DNA from: an uncultured Flavobacteriaceae bacterium
GTDB taxonomy: Bacteria > Bacteroidota > Bacteroidia > Flavobacteriales > Weeksellaceae
Reading direction: 5' to 3'
DNA: 64,000 nt
Assembly (NCBI GenBank): GCA_963506915.1
Contig: CAUORE010000006.1
Coordinates: 2,884-66,883 of the forward strand
Shown here: positions 29,338-39,182 of the stretch, piece after piece
Numbering within the stretch: the first letter of the stretch is position 1
How the letters are laid out: each line of letters begins with the position of its first letter
Made by a program: the position numbers and the translations under genes
The notes under the pieces: generated by a model
Databases searched by the model: none
Seen by the model: only the letters and a program-made list of their open reading frames with translations
Told to the model about the DNA's origin: nothing

Positions 29338-30474
29338 ATGAAGAAGATTTTCTTATCAGTAATGTTAGCAGGTGCTGCAGTAGCAGCTAATGCACAGAGT
29401 GTTAGCAGTATTAGCTATGGTAAATTTTTTGATAACTGGCAAGTAGGTGTGAATGTAGGAGGATATACTCCAACTACAGGATATCCTTTCTTTAAGTCTA
29501 CAAGACTTAGCTTCGGTGCAGAAGTAGGAAAGCAGATTTCTCCTAGCTTCCGTCTTGGATTGGATGGTACAGCATATATCAATGATAATGTGAGAAGTGG
29601 TTATAATCCATTGGCTATTGAGCATGTAAATGTAGCTATGTTAGGTAACTTCAACCTTAGCAACATCTTTGGAGGTTACAAAGGAGAACCTCGTAAGTTT
29701 GAGGTAGAAGCAGTTGCTGGACCAGGATGGTTCCATTCTTTCAAGCCGGGAAAAAATAACGATGTGAGTGGAATGACAGTTAAGTTTGGTGCAAACTTCT
29801 TGCTTAACTTAGGTTCTTCTAAAGCTTGGGCAGTTAAGTTTAGTCCATCAATCTTATATGCGATTGATAAACCAATTCCACAACATGCAAACAGCCTTAA
29901 CTCATTGCATTCTTATACACAAGCTAGTTTAGGTCTTGTTTATAGATTTAAAGGAAGCAATGGAGCTCACCACTTCACTGCAGCTCAGGCATCTGCACCT
30001 GTAGTAGAGGATAACTCTGGAGCACTTCGTGGAGAATTAAGCGAAAAAGATAGAGAATTGAGAGATGCTAGAAACCGTATCCACGAATTGGAAGGAGAAT
30101 TAGCAGAAGCTCGTAACAGAAAACCAGAAGTAGAAACTGTGGTAGAAACTAAGAGAACTCTAGAGTCTGTAGTTACTTTCGCACAAGGAAAAACTATCAT
30201 CGCTCCTTCTCAGCAGCCGAATGTAGCTAGAATCGCTACTTATTTGAAGAAATATCCTAACAGTAAAGTTGTTATCAAAGGATTTGCTTCACCAGAAGGA
30301 AGTGTTGAAGTTAACGAAAGAATCGCTAAAGCTCGTGCAGAAGCAGTTAAAGCTGTTCTTGTTAAACAATACAAAATCAATGCAGATCGTATCGTAGCAG
30401 AAGGAAATGGTATTGGTCACATGTTCTCAGAACCAGATTGGAACAGAGTAAGTATTGCTACTATCAAAGAATAA
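29338..30474 (+). CDS. OmpA-family outer membrane protein (N-terminal beta-barrel, coiled-coil linker, C-terminal OmpA domain)
   Basis: 378 aa with a signal peptide (AAVAANAQ), a beta-barrel ending LGLVYRF, the linker ELRDARNRIHELEGELAEARNRK and an OmpA_C region (VVIKGFASPEGSVEVNERIAKARAEAV). Codon usage looks like a highly expressed gene. Confidence 0.85.
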   Translation: MKKIFLSVMLAGAAVAANAQSVSSISYGKFFDNWQVGVNVGGYTPTTGYPFFKSTRLSFGAEVGKQISPSFRLGLDGTAYINDNVRSGYNPLAIEHVNVAMLGNFNLSNIFGGYKGEPRKFEVEAVAGPGWFHSFKPGKNNDVSGMTVKFGANFLLNLGSSKAWAVKFSPSILYAIDKPIPQHANSLNSLHSYTQASLGLVYRFKGSNGAHHFTAAQASAPVVEDNSGALRGELSEKDRELRDARNRIHELEGELAEARNRKPEVETVVETKRTLESVVTFAQGKTIIAPSQQPNVARIATYLKKYPNSKVVIKGFASPEGSVEVNERIAKARAEAVKAVLVKQYKINADRIVAEGNGIGHMFSEPDWNRVSIATIKE

Positions 30475-30502
30475 TTTAAAATTGTTCAATGTTTCATAAC
30501 AA

Positions 30503-30537
30503 ATAGGGAGGTAAATTTTTACCTTCCTATTTTTTTA
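30503..30537 (+). terminator. strong intrinsic terminator after ompA-like gene
   Basis: ATAGGGAGGTAAA (30503-30515) pairs with TTTACCTTCCTAT (30518-30530), followed by T6. Confidence 0.75.
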
Positions 30538-30597
30538 TGTTTTTTAAAAAACTTACCTTTGAGGCTTATATATTTTGAATAAATATTCTAAAGACCA

Positions 30598-31029
30598 ATG
30601 ATTGAGAATATAGTGCAAGGAATCGATATTGTTGTGATGGCAGCAATCATTTTTTTACCAATAATTATCGGTATAAAATTGAATAAAGTTTTTAATAACA
30701 ATTTTTGGATGATACTTTTTGGGGTTTTGTGCATATTGGTAATATTGGTTACTTTGGGAGCATATTGGTATGATGAATTGTCAAAAAGGATATTATTAAC
30801 ATATTATGGTTTCAATGAATACTTGATGATGGATGGGCTTGCTTATGAAAATGTAAAACCAGAAAATATTTCTCGTGTTAATGAGATATATAACAGCATG
30901 TTTGGGGTAAGCTGGGTATTAAAGGCCTTTTTTGCTCATGTATTGTTTGCTATTCCATATAGTTTAATAGTGTCATTAGTCATTAAATATTTAAAAATCA
31001 ATGAGATATTTAAAACTTTCAGGGCTTGA
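30598..31029 (+). CDS. hypothetical four-TM membrane protein
   Basis: 143-aa ORF with four hydrophobic helices. Its last 29 nt overlap the start of the metH main chain. No family recognised. Confidence 0.4.
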   Translation: MIENIVQGIDIVVMAAIIFLPIIIGIKLNKVFNNNFWMILFGVLCILVILVTLGAYWYDELSKRILLTYYGFNEYLMMDGLAYENVKPENISRVNEIYNSMFGVSWVLKAFFAHVLFAIPYSLIVSLVIKYLKINEIFKTFRA

Positions 31030-33673
31030 GCCGCTCGTAATTACGCCAGAATCTAATTTTGTGAATGTAGGAGAGCGGACGAATGTCGCAGGATCAAAGA
31101 AATTTTTGAGGCTGATAGGCGAAGGGAATTTTACAGAGGCTTTAGAAATAGCCCGAAATCAGGTGGAGGGTGGAGCCCAGATTTTGGATGTAAATATGGA
31201 TGACGGACTGATAGATGGGAAAGCCTCAATGGTGAAATTTCTCAATCTGATAGCTTCTGAGCCTGATATTGCTCGTATACCGATTATGATAGACTCTTCC
31301 CGTTGGGAGATTTTAGAAGCTGGTCTGCAGGTGGTTCAGGGAAAATCGGTGGTGAATTCCATTAGTTTAAAAGAGGGAGAAGAGGAATTTATCCGCCAAG
31401 CGAAAATTATAAAAAGATACGGTGCGGCAGTTATTGTAATGGCTTTCGATGAAGTGAGCCAAGCCGATAATTACCAGCGAAGAATAGAAATAGCAGAGCG
31501 TTCGTATAAAATCTTGGTGGACAAGGTAGGTTTCCCGCCAGAAGATATTATTTTTGACCTTAATATTTTCCCTGTGGCTACGGGAATGGAGGAGCATAGG
31601 CGAAATGCAATTGATTTTATAGAAGCGACAAGGTGGGTTCGCCAGAATCTTCCATATGTGTCAGTGAGCGGCGGAGTTTCTAATGTTTCGTTTTCTTTTA
31701 GAGGAAATGATGCAGTGAGGGAAGCGATGCACTCGGTATTTCTATATCATGCCATAAAAGCAGGGATGAATATGGGAATTGTAAACCCTACGATGCTGGA
31801 AGTCTATGATGAAATCCCAAAAGACCTTTTGGAGCTGGTAGAAGATGTGATACTAGACCGAAGAGATGATGCTACGGAGCGTTTGCTGGATTATTCCGAA
31901 AAAGTAAAATCAGTCAAAAAAGAAAGAATAGAGGATTTGTCTTGGCGTGAACAGCCTTTGCAGGAACGAATTACCTATTCACTGGTAAAAGGCGTGGATA
32001 AATTTATAGAGGAAGATATGGATGCAGCCTTGAAGGAAGCGCGGCGACCACTGGATGTCATAGAAATCAACCTGATGACTGGGATGAGCGTAGTGGGAGA
32101 TCTTTTCGGAAGTGGAAAAATGTTTCTTCCTCAGGTGGTGAAATCTGCAAGGGTGATGAAACGGGCAGTGGCTTATTTAGAGCCTTTTATAGAAGCAGAA
32201 AAAGACACTTCCAAGCCTTCTAATGGTAAAATTCTTTTGGCGACGGTGAAAGGCGATGTCCATGATATTGGTAAAAATATCGTGGGTGTGGTACTAGCGT
32301 GTAACAACTACGAAATTATAGACTTAGGCGTGATGGTGCCTTGTGAAAAAATCATTCAGACAGCGATAGAACAAAAGGTGGATATCATCGGGCTGAGTGG
32401 TTTGATTACGCCGAGTTTGGATGAAATGGAATATGTAGCATCTGAACTAAACAGACAAAATCTGGATTTTCCACTATTGGTAGGAGGAGCGACAACTTCC
32501 AAAGCCCATACCGCTGTGAAAATTGCGCCAAAATATCGTAATACAGTCGTGCATGGCGGAGATGCCTCGCGGACGGTAAATATTGTAAATTCACTATTGA
32601 GTGAAGAAAAATCTGCTGAATACAAAAAAGAGCTTAAAAAGGAATATGATGAGTTTAGGGAGAAATTTTTAGCAAGACAAACAGACAAAGAATATGTGTC
32701 CATAGAGGAAGCAAGAGAAAAGAGATTTAAAATAGATTGGGAAAACGAAACCATCATTAAGCCTAAAAAATTAGGAATTATGGTGATTGAAAATCAGGAT
32801 TTCCGTGAGCTTCTTCCTTTCGTGGATTGGTCTCCGTTTTTCCGAAGCTGGGATTTGCACGGCAGATATCCAAATATTTTAGAAGATGAAAAAGTAGGAG
32901 AACAGGCTCGTGAGCTTTGGGCTGATGCGCAGGTGATTTTAGATAAAATTCTAAATGAAAAACTGCTCAAAGCCAAGGCTATTTTTGGGCTTTTTCCAGC
33001 CAATTCTAACGACCGAGATGATATTATTTTAGATAAAGATGGGGAAGAATTCGTTTTCCGAACACTTCGCCAGCAGTTGAAAAAATCGGCAGGGAAGGAG
33101 TATTTCGCTCTGTCGGATTTTATAGCGCCGCAAAGCGCTGGAAAACAGGATTATATAGGTGCTTTTGCTGTGACGGCTGGCTTTGGTACGGATGAATTGG
33201 TGAAATATTATGAAGCTCAAAATGATGACTATTCTACCATCATGGCGAAGGCTTTGGCGGATAGGTTTGCGGAGGCGTTTGCGGAATTTCTGCATTGGAA
33301 AGTGAGAAAAGAATACTGGGGATATGCAGCGGATGAAAGCCTTAGCAATGAGGAGTTGATAGATGAGGAATACAAAGGTATCCGCCCTGCGCCAGGCTAT
33401 CCAGCATGTCCAGACCATTTGGAAAGGGCTACCATCTGGGAACTTCTGAAAGTGAAAGAAACCATCGGTATAGAGCTGATGGATGCTGGTTTGGCGATGT
33501 ATCCTACGGCGGCGGTTTCGGGGTATTATTTTGCTAATGCAAAGGCAAAATATTTCGGTGTTGGTAAAATCTGTGAAGACCAGCTGAAAGACTATACCGA
33601 AAGAAAAGGCGTAGATGAGGAGTTTGCTAGAAAATGGCTGAGTCCTATTTTGGCAGGAAAACAAAGTATTTAA
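31001..33673 (+). CDS. metH: methionine synthase main chain (pterin-binding, B12-binding and AdoMet-activation domains)
   Basis: 890 aa. It starts [27 protein letters not shown]12 motif [11 protein letters not shown]...SGL...GGA; activation domain [12 protein letters not shown]. 333 + 890 aa is about the length of a single-chain MetH. Confidence 0.9.
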   Translation: MRYLKLSGLEPLVITPESNFVNVGERTNVAGSKKFLRLIGEGNFTEALEIARNQVEGGAQILDVNMDDGLIDGKASMVKFLNLIASEPDIARIPIMIDSSRWEILEAGLQVVQGKSVVNSISLKEGEEEFIRQAKIIKRYGAAVIVMAFDEVSQADNYQRRIEIAERSYKILVDKVGFPPEDIIFDLNIFPVATGMEEHRRNAIDFIEATRWVRQNLPYVSVSGGVSNVSFSFRGNDAVREAMHSVFLYHAIKAGMNMGIVNPTMLEVYDEIPKDLLELVEDVILDRRDDATERLLDYSEKVKSVKKERIEDLSWREQPLQERITYSLVKGVDKFIEEDMDAALKEARRPLDVIEINLMTGMSVVGDLFGSGKMFLPQVVKSARVMKRAVAYLEPFIEAEKDTSKPSNGKILLATVKGDVHDIGKNIVGVVLACNNYEIIDLGVMVPCEKIIQTAIEQKVDIIGLSGLITPSLDEMEYVASELNRQNLDFPLLVGGATTSKAHTAVKIAPKYRNTVVHGGDASRTVNIVNSLLSEEKSAEYKKELKKEYDEFREKFLARQTDKEYVSIEEAREKRFKIDWENETIIKPKKLGIMVIENQDFRELLPFVDWSPFFRSWDLHGRYPNILEDEKVGEQARELWADAQVILDKILNEKLLKAKAIFGLFPANSNDRDDIILDKDGEEFVFRTLRQQLKKSAGKEYFALSDFIAPQSAGKQDYIGAFAVTAGFGTDELVKYYEAQNDDYSTIMAKALADRFAEAFAEFLHWKVRKEYWGYAADESLSNEELIDEEYKGIRPAPGYPACPDHLERATIWELLKVKETIGIELMDAGLAMYPTAAVSGYYFANAKAKYFGVGKICEDQLKDYTERKGVDEEFARKWLSPILAGKQSI

Positions 33674-33697
33674 AGCAAGTTTGAACAGAGAAAGAGT

Positions 33698-33943
33698 TTG
33701 TATGCATTATTCTTATTATTTAGGAATAAATGTTTGGGGATAGGAGCAGGAAATAGAGCCTATCAATGCGGACAGGCCAGACCAAAACATAATTTGTCTG
33801 CTGGGCTGAAATACCTTTTAACCAATGATTTACAATTAGATGCCATAGCAGGATTTTCTGTTTTTAAATCGGAATCAGATAATTTCGTAGCTTTGGGCGT
33901 AGCATATAGATTTAAAAATAAACAACAAAATAGACAATCATGA
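33698..33943 (+). other. possible C-terminal remnant of an outer-membrane beta-barrel gene
   Basis: 81-aa ORF with a TTG start, ending ...LSAGLKYLLTNDLQLDAIAGFSVF...FVALGVAYRF. This looks like terminal barrel strands without an N-terminal signal or body. It overlaps the metF ATG (ATGA). Confidence 0.25.
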
Positions 33944-34896
33944 AAGTAACAGAACACATAGAAAAAGCCAATGGCAAGACCCTTTTTTCGTTTGAGATTT
34001 TACCACCACTTAAAGGACAGAATATCAATTTGTTTTTTGATGCTATAGACCCTCTTTTGGAGTATAATCCTAGTTTTATTAATGTGACTTATCACAGAGA
34101 AGAATACGAATATGTAGAGCATGAAAATGGGCTATTGGAAAGGAGAGTGGTGAGAAAGCGCCCAGGAACAGTGGGTATCTGCGCAGCAATTCAGAACAGA
34201 TATCATATAGATGCTATTCCGCATATCTTGTGTGGAGGCTTTAACAGGGAGGAAACGGAGAATTTCCTGATAGATTTGGATTTCTTGGAGATAGATAATG
34301 TGATGGCTCTTCGTGGTGATGTGATGAAGTCTGAGACATATTTCAAGCCAGAAAAAAACGGAAACGCTCACGCCTCTGAATTGGTTCATCAAATCAAACA
34401 AATGAACGATGGGATTTATCTTGACCATAATATAGAACTGCCATCGCCGACCAATTTCTGCATTGGCGTTGCCGGTTATCCAGAGAAACATATGGAGGCG
34501 GCGAGTCTGCATCAGGATATAATGAACTTGAAGAAAAAACAAGAAGCAGGAGCGGACTATGTGGTGACGCAGATGTTTTTTGATAATCAAAAATTCTTTG
34601 AATTCGTGGATAAATGCAGAGAAGAGGGCATAACTATTCCGATAATCCCAGGGCTGAAGCCTATCACTGCAAAAAGCCAGTTGAGCATGCTTCCGTATCG
34701 TTTTAAGGTGGATTTACCAGATGATTTGGTGATTGAAATTACAAAATGTAAAACCGCTGCAGATGTGAAACAGGTAGGAATAGAATGGTGTACAGCCCAA
34801 AGTAAAGAGCTGAAAGAAAGAGGCGTTCCTGCACTGCATTACTATTCCATGGGACGCAGCGAAGGGGTGAAACAGATAGTAAATGAAGTTTTTTAA
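33940..34896 (+). CDS. metF: 5,10-methylenetetrahydrofolate reductase
   Basis: 318 aa. FSFEILPPLKG, VTYHREE, ALRGD and AGADYVVTQMFFD are MTHFR family motifs. Confidence 0.85.
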   Translation: MKVTEHIEKANGKTLFSFEILPPLKGQNINLFFDAIDPLLEYNPSFINVTYHREEYEYVEHENGLLERRVVRKRPGTVGICAAIQNRYHIDAIPHILCGGFNREETENFLIDLDFLEIDNVMALRGDVMKSETYFKPEKNGNAHASELVHQIKQMNDGIYLDHNIELPSPTNFCIGVAGYPEKHMEAASLHQDIMNLKKKQEAGADYVVTQMFFDNQKFFEFVDKCREEGITIPIIPGLKPITAKSQLSMLPYRFKVDLPDDLVIEITKCKTAADVKQVGIEWCTAQSKELKERGVPALHYYSMGRSEGVKQIVNEVF

Positions 34897-34910
34897 AACG
34901 ATAAAGTTTA

Positions 34911-34950
34911 AATAAGGAAGTTCTGTTTCATGGGACTTTCTTATTTTATG
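34911..34950 (+). terminator. terminator hairpin after metF
   Basis: AATAAGGAAGT (34911-34921) pairs with ACTTTCTTATT (34935-34945). The stem is 11 bp including one G-U pair. The following T tract is weak. Confidence 0.45.
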
Positions 34951-35048
34951 TTTAAATATTTAAAATTTATATTTATGTCTAAATATAGAGGTGTTCAGTA
35001 GGTGGTGATTTTATGTTTAGTTTTTTTTCTTGAAAAAATAAAGTTTTT

Positions 35049-35082
35049 TTTGATGTGTAATGTAATTAAAATTTTATCTTTG
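35049..35082 (+). promoter_or_regulatory. candidate promoter (-33 TTTG, -7 TATCTTTG) of the acyl-CoA ligase gene
   Basis: TTTG at 35049-35052 and TATCTTTG at 35075-35082, with a 22-nt spacer. ATG at 35103. Confidence 0.35.
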
Positions 35083-35102
35083 CAACACTTAATAACATAT
35101 TT

Positions 35103-36878
35103 ATGAGCGTACTCAAATTAATTCATAATAATACTAAAACCATTGGGGATTTACCAGCTTTGTCTTTTAGGGAAAATGGAGTTTGGAAAACAAAGAACTG
35201 GAGGGAATTTGGAGAGGATTTAGCCCAAATTTCTAATGCTCTTAGCAGTCTTGGAATGGGGGCAGGAGACAGGCTAGCGATTTTTTCTGATAATTCCAAA
35301 GACTGGGTGTTGGTGGATTTTGCCAATCAGTCATTAGGAGCTGTTACAGTGCCTATTTACGCTACGAATAGTAAGGAGCAGGTGGAATTTATCCTAAGAC
35401 AAACAGAGATAAAGGTAATTTTGGTAGGAGCAGAGAAGCAGCTGGAGATAGTTAGAGAAATTAAACAAAATTCTGAGTTTGCTGATTTACAGGTGATTTC
35501 TTCTGTTCAGTTGGAAAATTCTACAGAGCAGGAATATTACCTTCCTAAATGGATGGATGCTTATGATAAAGAATTCCAATATAGAGATATAGATATAAAC
35601 AGCATAGCTACAATACTTTACACCTCTGGGACGACAGGAACACCGAAGGGAGTGGTACTTACGCATAAGAATTTTTATGCTGTGATTAAAGCACATAAAG
35701 AATTTTTTAATATAGAGAACCTTCATAACAAGGTTTCTATGGCGTTTTTGCCGCTGAGCCATATTTTTGAGCGTGGATGGTCTTCTTTTGTTTTTTCAAC
35801 AGGAGGTCATGTGGCGGTTTTAGACAATCCAAAAGATGTTTCGCAGGCTTTGAAAGAAGTTAAACCTTGGGCAATGTGTTCTGTTCCAAGGCTTTATGAG
35901 AAAATTTATCAAGTTTTGCTTAATAAAATAGAAGGTTCTAGCAGCCTGAAACAAGAATTTTTCCGTAGAGCGCTTAGAATAGGCGTAAAATACTCAGAAA
36001 GAGTAAGAAAAGGAGAAAAAATTCCGTTTTTATTAGGATTGAAATATAAATTTTATTCGGCTTTGGTTTTTAAGAAAATCAGAAACGAACTTGGAGGAAA
36101 CCTCAGCTTTATGCCTGTGGGAGGAGCAATGCTGAAAAAAGAAATTTCAGAGTTTTTCGCTGCCATAGGAATGCCTATAATCGTAGGATATGGGTTGTCT
36201 GAGACTTGCGCTACGGTTACCGCGTATCCGAATGTGAATTTCGTTCACGGAAGTGTGGGAGTTGCCCTGCCAGGAGTTAAAATAAAGATAGGAGAAGAAA
36301 ATGAGATTTTGGTGAAGTATGATGGGGTGATGAAGGAATATTACAAAAATCTAGAGGAAACAGCGAAAGTTTTTACCACAGATGGATATTTCCGAACAGG
36401 AGATGCTGGGCGTATCGATGAGGATGGAAATCTCTATATAGTGGATAGAATAAAGGATCTGATGAAGACTTCCAATGGGAAATACATCGCGCCGCAGTCT
36501 ATCGAAATCCCATTGCAGACGCATCCGAGCATTTCGCAAGCGCTTGTAGTAGCGGAAGGAAAACCATATGTGACTTCGTTCATCGTTCCTAATTTTGAGG
36601 CGCTTTCTCAGGAGTTGGCTGAGTTTAAGGATTATCTAAAATTGACCCTTGCAGAAAAAATGAAACTCTTGGAAATGCCGAATATAAAAGAGAAATTCCA
36701 AAAAATCATAGCAGAGGTGCAGAAAGGACAATCTTCCTATGAGCACATTAAAAAATTCATGCTGCTTCCAGAGGAATTTACCATCGAAAGGGGAGAGCTT
36801 ACTCCTACTTTGAAAATTAAAAGAAAAGTAGTGATGGACAAGCTTCGCCACGAAATAGAGCGAATTTATAAAGATTAG
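35103..36878 (+). CDS. long-chain fatty acid--CoA ligase (AMP-forming)
   Basis: 591 aa with AMP-binding motifs YTSGTTGTPKGV, GYGLSET and GDAGRIDEDGNLYIVDRIKD. Confidence 0.85.
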   Translation: MSVLKLIHNNTKTIGDLPALSFRENGVWKTKNWREFGEDLAQISNALSSLGMGAGDRLAIFSDNSKDWVLVDFANQSLGAVTVPIYATNSKEQVEFILRQTEIKVILVGAEKQLEIVREIKQNSEFADLQVISSVQLENSTEQEYYLPKWMDAYDKEFQYRDIDINSIATILYTSGTTGTPKGVVLTHKNFYAVIKAHKEFFNIENLHNKVSMAFLPLSHIFERGWSSFVFSTGGHVAVLDNPKDVSQALKEVKPWAMCSVPRLYEKIYQVLLNKIEGSSSLKQEFFRRALRIGVKYSERVRKGEKIPFLLGLKYKFYSALVFKKIRNELGGNLSFMPVGGAMLKKEISEFFAAIGMPIIVGYGLSETCATVTAYPNVNFVHGSVGVALPGVKIKIGEENEILVKYDGVMKEYYKNLEETAKVFTTDGYFRTGDAGRIDEDGNLYIVDRIKDLMKTSNGKYIAPQSIEIPLQTHPSISQALVVAEGKPYVTSFIVPNFEALSQELAEFKDYLKLTLAEKMKLLEMPNIKEKFQKIIAEVQKGQSSYEHIKKFMLLPEEFTIERGELTPTLKIKRKVVMDKLRHEIERIYKD

Positions 36879-36902
36879 TTTAAAATATTATTTATTATCA
36901 AG

Positions 36903-36945
36903 AAGAACTTTTGTCAGTAATGATGAAAGTTCTTTGTATTTTTAG
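36903..36945 (+). terminator. terminator hairpin after the ligase gene
   Basis: AAGAACTTT (36903-36911) pairs with AAAGTTCTT (36926-36934), followed by TGTATTTTT. Confidence 0.45.
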
Positions 36946-37082
36946 TCATGATTTTATTTTTTAAAATTGATAAATAAGACAATTTGTCATTCTTTGCTTC
37001 GAAAATAGTAATGGTATAAATATTGACAAAATCAAAGTGTAGAAATTAAAATAATTATTAATAAAAAAGAATATAAAATATT

Positions 37083-38987
37083 ATGAGCAAAATTATAGGA
37101 ATTGACTTAGGAACAACAAATTCATGTGTGGCAGTAATGGAGGGTAAAGACCCAGTAGTAATCCCAAATGCAGAAGGAAAAAGAACAACGCCTTCTATCG
37201 TAGCATTTACAGAGGATGGCGAAAGAAAAGTGGGAGACCCAGCTAAAAGACAGGCCGTAACAAACCCAAAGAAAACCGTTTATTCTATCAAGAGATTCAT
37301 AGGAACACAGTTCTCAAAAGATAAAGAGGAAATCTCAAGAGTTCCGTATGAAGTAGTAGGCGGACCAAATGACACTGTAAAAGTAAAAATAGATGATAGA
37401 GAATACACAACACAGGAAATCTCTGCAATGATTCTTCAAAAAATGAAGAAAACAGCTGAAGATTACCTTGGACAAGAGGTTTCAAGAGCGGTAATTACCG
37501 TGCCAGCTTACTTTAATGATGCACAAAGACAGGCAACTAAAGAAGCGGGAGAAATCGCAGGTCTTAAAGTAGAAAGAATCATCAACGAACCTACGGCAGC
37601 AGCTTTGGCTTACGGATTAGACAAAGTAGGTAAAAAAGACATGAATGTAGTAGTGTTTGACTGTGGTGGTGGTACGCATGATGTCTCTGTATTGGAGATG
37701 TATGAAGTGGATGGAAATGCTTCTTTCGAAGTGAAAGCTACGGATGGAGACACTCACCTTGGAGGAGATGACTTTGATAATGTAATCATCGACTGGATGG
37801 CAGAAGAGTTTAAAAATGAAGAAGGTGTAGATTTAAAAACTGACCCTATCGCGCTTCAAAGATTGAAAGAAGCGGCTGAAAAAGCAAAAGTAGAGCTTTC
37901 TTCTTCTACACAAACGGAAATCAACCTTCCGTACATCACAGCTACGGCTTCTGGACCAAAACACTTGGTGAAAACTTTGACAAGAGCGAAGTTTGAACAA
38001 TTGGCTCACAACCTTATCGAGAGAACGATAGAACCTTGTAAATCAGCTTTGGCTAATGCAGGAATGAGCGTTTCTGATATTGATGAAATTATCTTAGTGG
38101 GTGGTTCTACCAGAATTCCAGCAATTCAGGAAGCGGTAGAGAAATTTTTCGGAAAAGCGCCATCTAAAGGAGTAAACCCAGATGAAGTAGTGGCTATCGG
38201 TGCGGCTATCCAAGGGGGGGTTCTTACAGGAGATGTGAAAGATGTATTGCTATTAGATGTTACACCGCTTTCTCTTGGAATCGAGACTATGGGGTCTGTA
38301 TTTACAAAACTAATCGAAGCAAATACGACTATCCCTACAAGAAAATCAGAGGTGTTCTCTACAGCGGCGGACAATCAGCCAGCGGTTACCATCAGGGTAG
38401 GACAAGGTGAGAGACCAATGTTTAACGATAATAAAGAAATCGGTAGATTTGACTTGGTAGATATTCCACCAGCGCCAAGAGGTGTTCCACAGATTGAAGT
38501 AACTTTTGATATAGATGCTAACGGTATCCTTAGCGTTTCTGCAAAGGACAAAGGAACAGGAAAAGAGCAGTCTATAAAAATTCAAGCAAGTTCTGGACTT
38601 TCTGAAGCGGAAATCGAAAGAATGAAAAAAGAAGCTGAAGAAAACGCTTCTGCCGATGCGAAGAAAAAAGAAGATGCGGAAGTAATGAACAAAGCTGATG
38701 GACTGATTTTCCAAACTGAAAAACAGCTGAAAGAATTTGGAGACAAACTTTCTGCAGACAAAAAAGCCGGAATAGAAACAGCATTAGCAGAGTTGAAAAC
38801 AGCTTACGAAACTAAAAATGTAGAAGTTATCAAGCCTAAAACAGAAGCATTAGATGCAGCATGGATGGCAGCCTCTGAAGAACTCTACAAAGCTCAAGCC
38901 GAAGCACAGCCAAATGCAGGTGCAGCAGGTGGTCAGCAGCAAGGCGGAGACAATGTCCAAGATGCAGACTTTGAAGAAGTAAAATAA
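37083..38987 (+). CDS. dnaK: molecular chaperone DnaK (Hsp70)
   Basis: 634 aa with [30 protein letters not shown] and [13 protein letters not shown]. Confidence 0.97.
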   Translation: MSKIIGIDLGTTNSCVAVMEGKDPVVIPNAEGKRTTPSIVAFTEDGERKVGDPAKRQAVTNPKKTVYSIKRFIGTQFSKDKEEISRVPYEVVGGPNDTVKVKIDDREYTTQEISAMILQKMKKTAEDYLGQEVSRAVITVPAYFNDAQRQATKEAGEIAGLKVERIINEPTAAALAYGLDKVGKKDMNVVVFDCGGGTHDVSVLEMYEVDGNASFEVKATDGDTHLGGDDFDNVIIDWMAEEFKNEEGVDLKTDPIALQRLKEAAEKAKVELSSSTQTEINLPYITATASGPKHLVKTLTRAKFEQLAHNLIERTIEPCKSALANAGMSVSDIDEIILVGGSTRIPAIQEAVEKFFGKAPSKGVNPDEVVAIGAAIQGGVLTGDVKDVLLLDVTPLSLGIETMGSVFTKLIEANTTIPTRKSEVFSTAADNQPAVTIRVGQGERPMFNDNKEIGRFDLVDIPPAPRGVPQIEVTFDIDANGILSVSAKDKGTGKEQSIKIQASSGLSEAEIERMKKEAEENASADAKKKEDAEVMNKADGLIFQTEKQLKEFGDKLSADKKAGIETALAELKTAYETKNVEVIKPKTEALDAAWMAASEELYKAQAEAQPNAGAAGGQQQGGDNVQDADFEEVK

Positions 38988-38993
38988 ATAGTT

Positions 38994-39042
38994 TTTTCAT
39001 AGAAAATTCCTTCTTCCCAAATTTGGGAGGAAGGAATTTTTT
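38994..39042 (+). repeat. 49-bp terminator-hairpin repeat, copy A (dnaK terminator)
   Basis: The 16-bp stem 39003-39018/39025-39040 has loop AAATTT and is followed by a T-run. It matches copy B (42361-42409) at 44 of 49 positions. Confidence 0.8.
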
Positions 39043-39122
39043 TGTTTTTTTGGGGGAAAATGAACTCGGAAAAAACGGAGTTTTTGTGGTTTGGGGAGGG
39101 GGGAGCGCGGGGGAAATTTTAG

Positions 39123-39130
39123 TATATTTG
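39123..39130 (+). promoter_or_regulatory. candidate -7 box (TATATTTG) for mcrBC
   Basis: Perfect TAnnTTTG 37 nt before TTG 39168 and 52 nt before ATG 39183. It lies immediately downstream of the G-rich tract. Confidence 0.35.
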
Positions 39131-39182
39131 TGGCTAATGATTTTATAGAGATGTAAATAATCAAAAATTGAAAAAAAGGATT

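Noticed and set aside
28233-31000. Cobalamin or additional SAM riboswitch in front of either metH half.
   Set aside because: The intergenic space before metH-N is 18 nt, and the main-chain start is overlapped by the preceding ORF. There is no room for a structured leader and no B12-box-like sequence.
33029-33664. Long antisense ORFs inside well-supported genes: 33029..33664 in metH, 53000..53605 in the nucleoid protein gene, 25406..25918 in metZ, 40917..41435 across mcrB/mcrC, 49553..50056 in glpX, 28269..28745 in metH-N and 14706..15164 opposite the ABM and MoxR genes.
   Set aside because: Each lies entirely opposite a gene with clear family motifs. Their translations are low-complexity (F/I/L/S/K-rich) with no recognisable motifs. 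This is typical frame-shadow ORFs of K/E-rich coding sequence.
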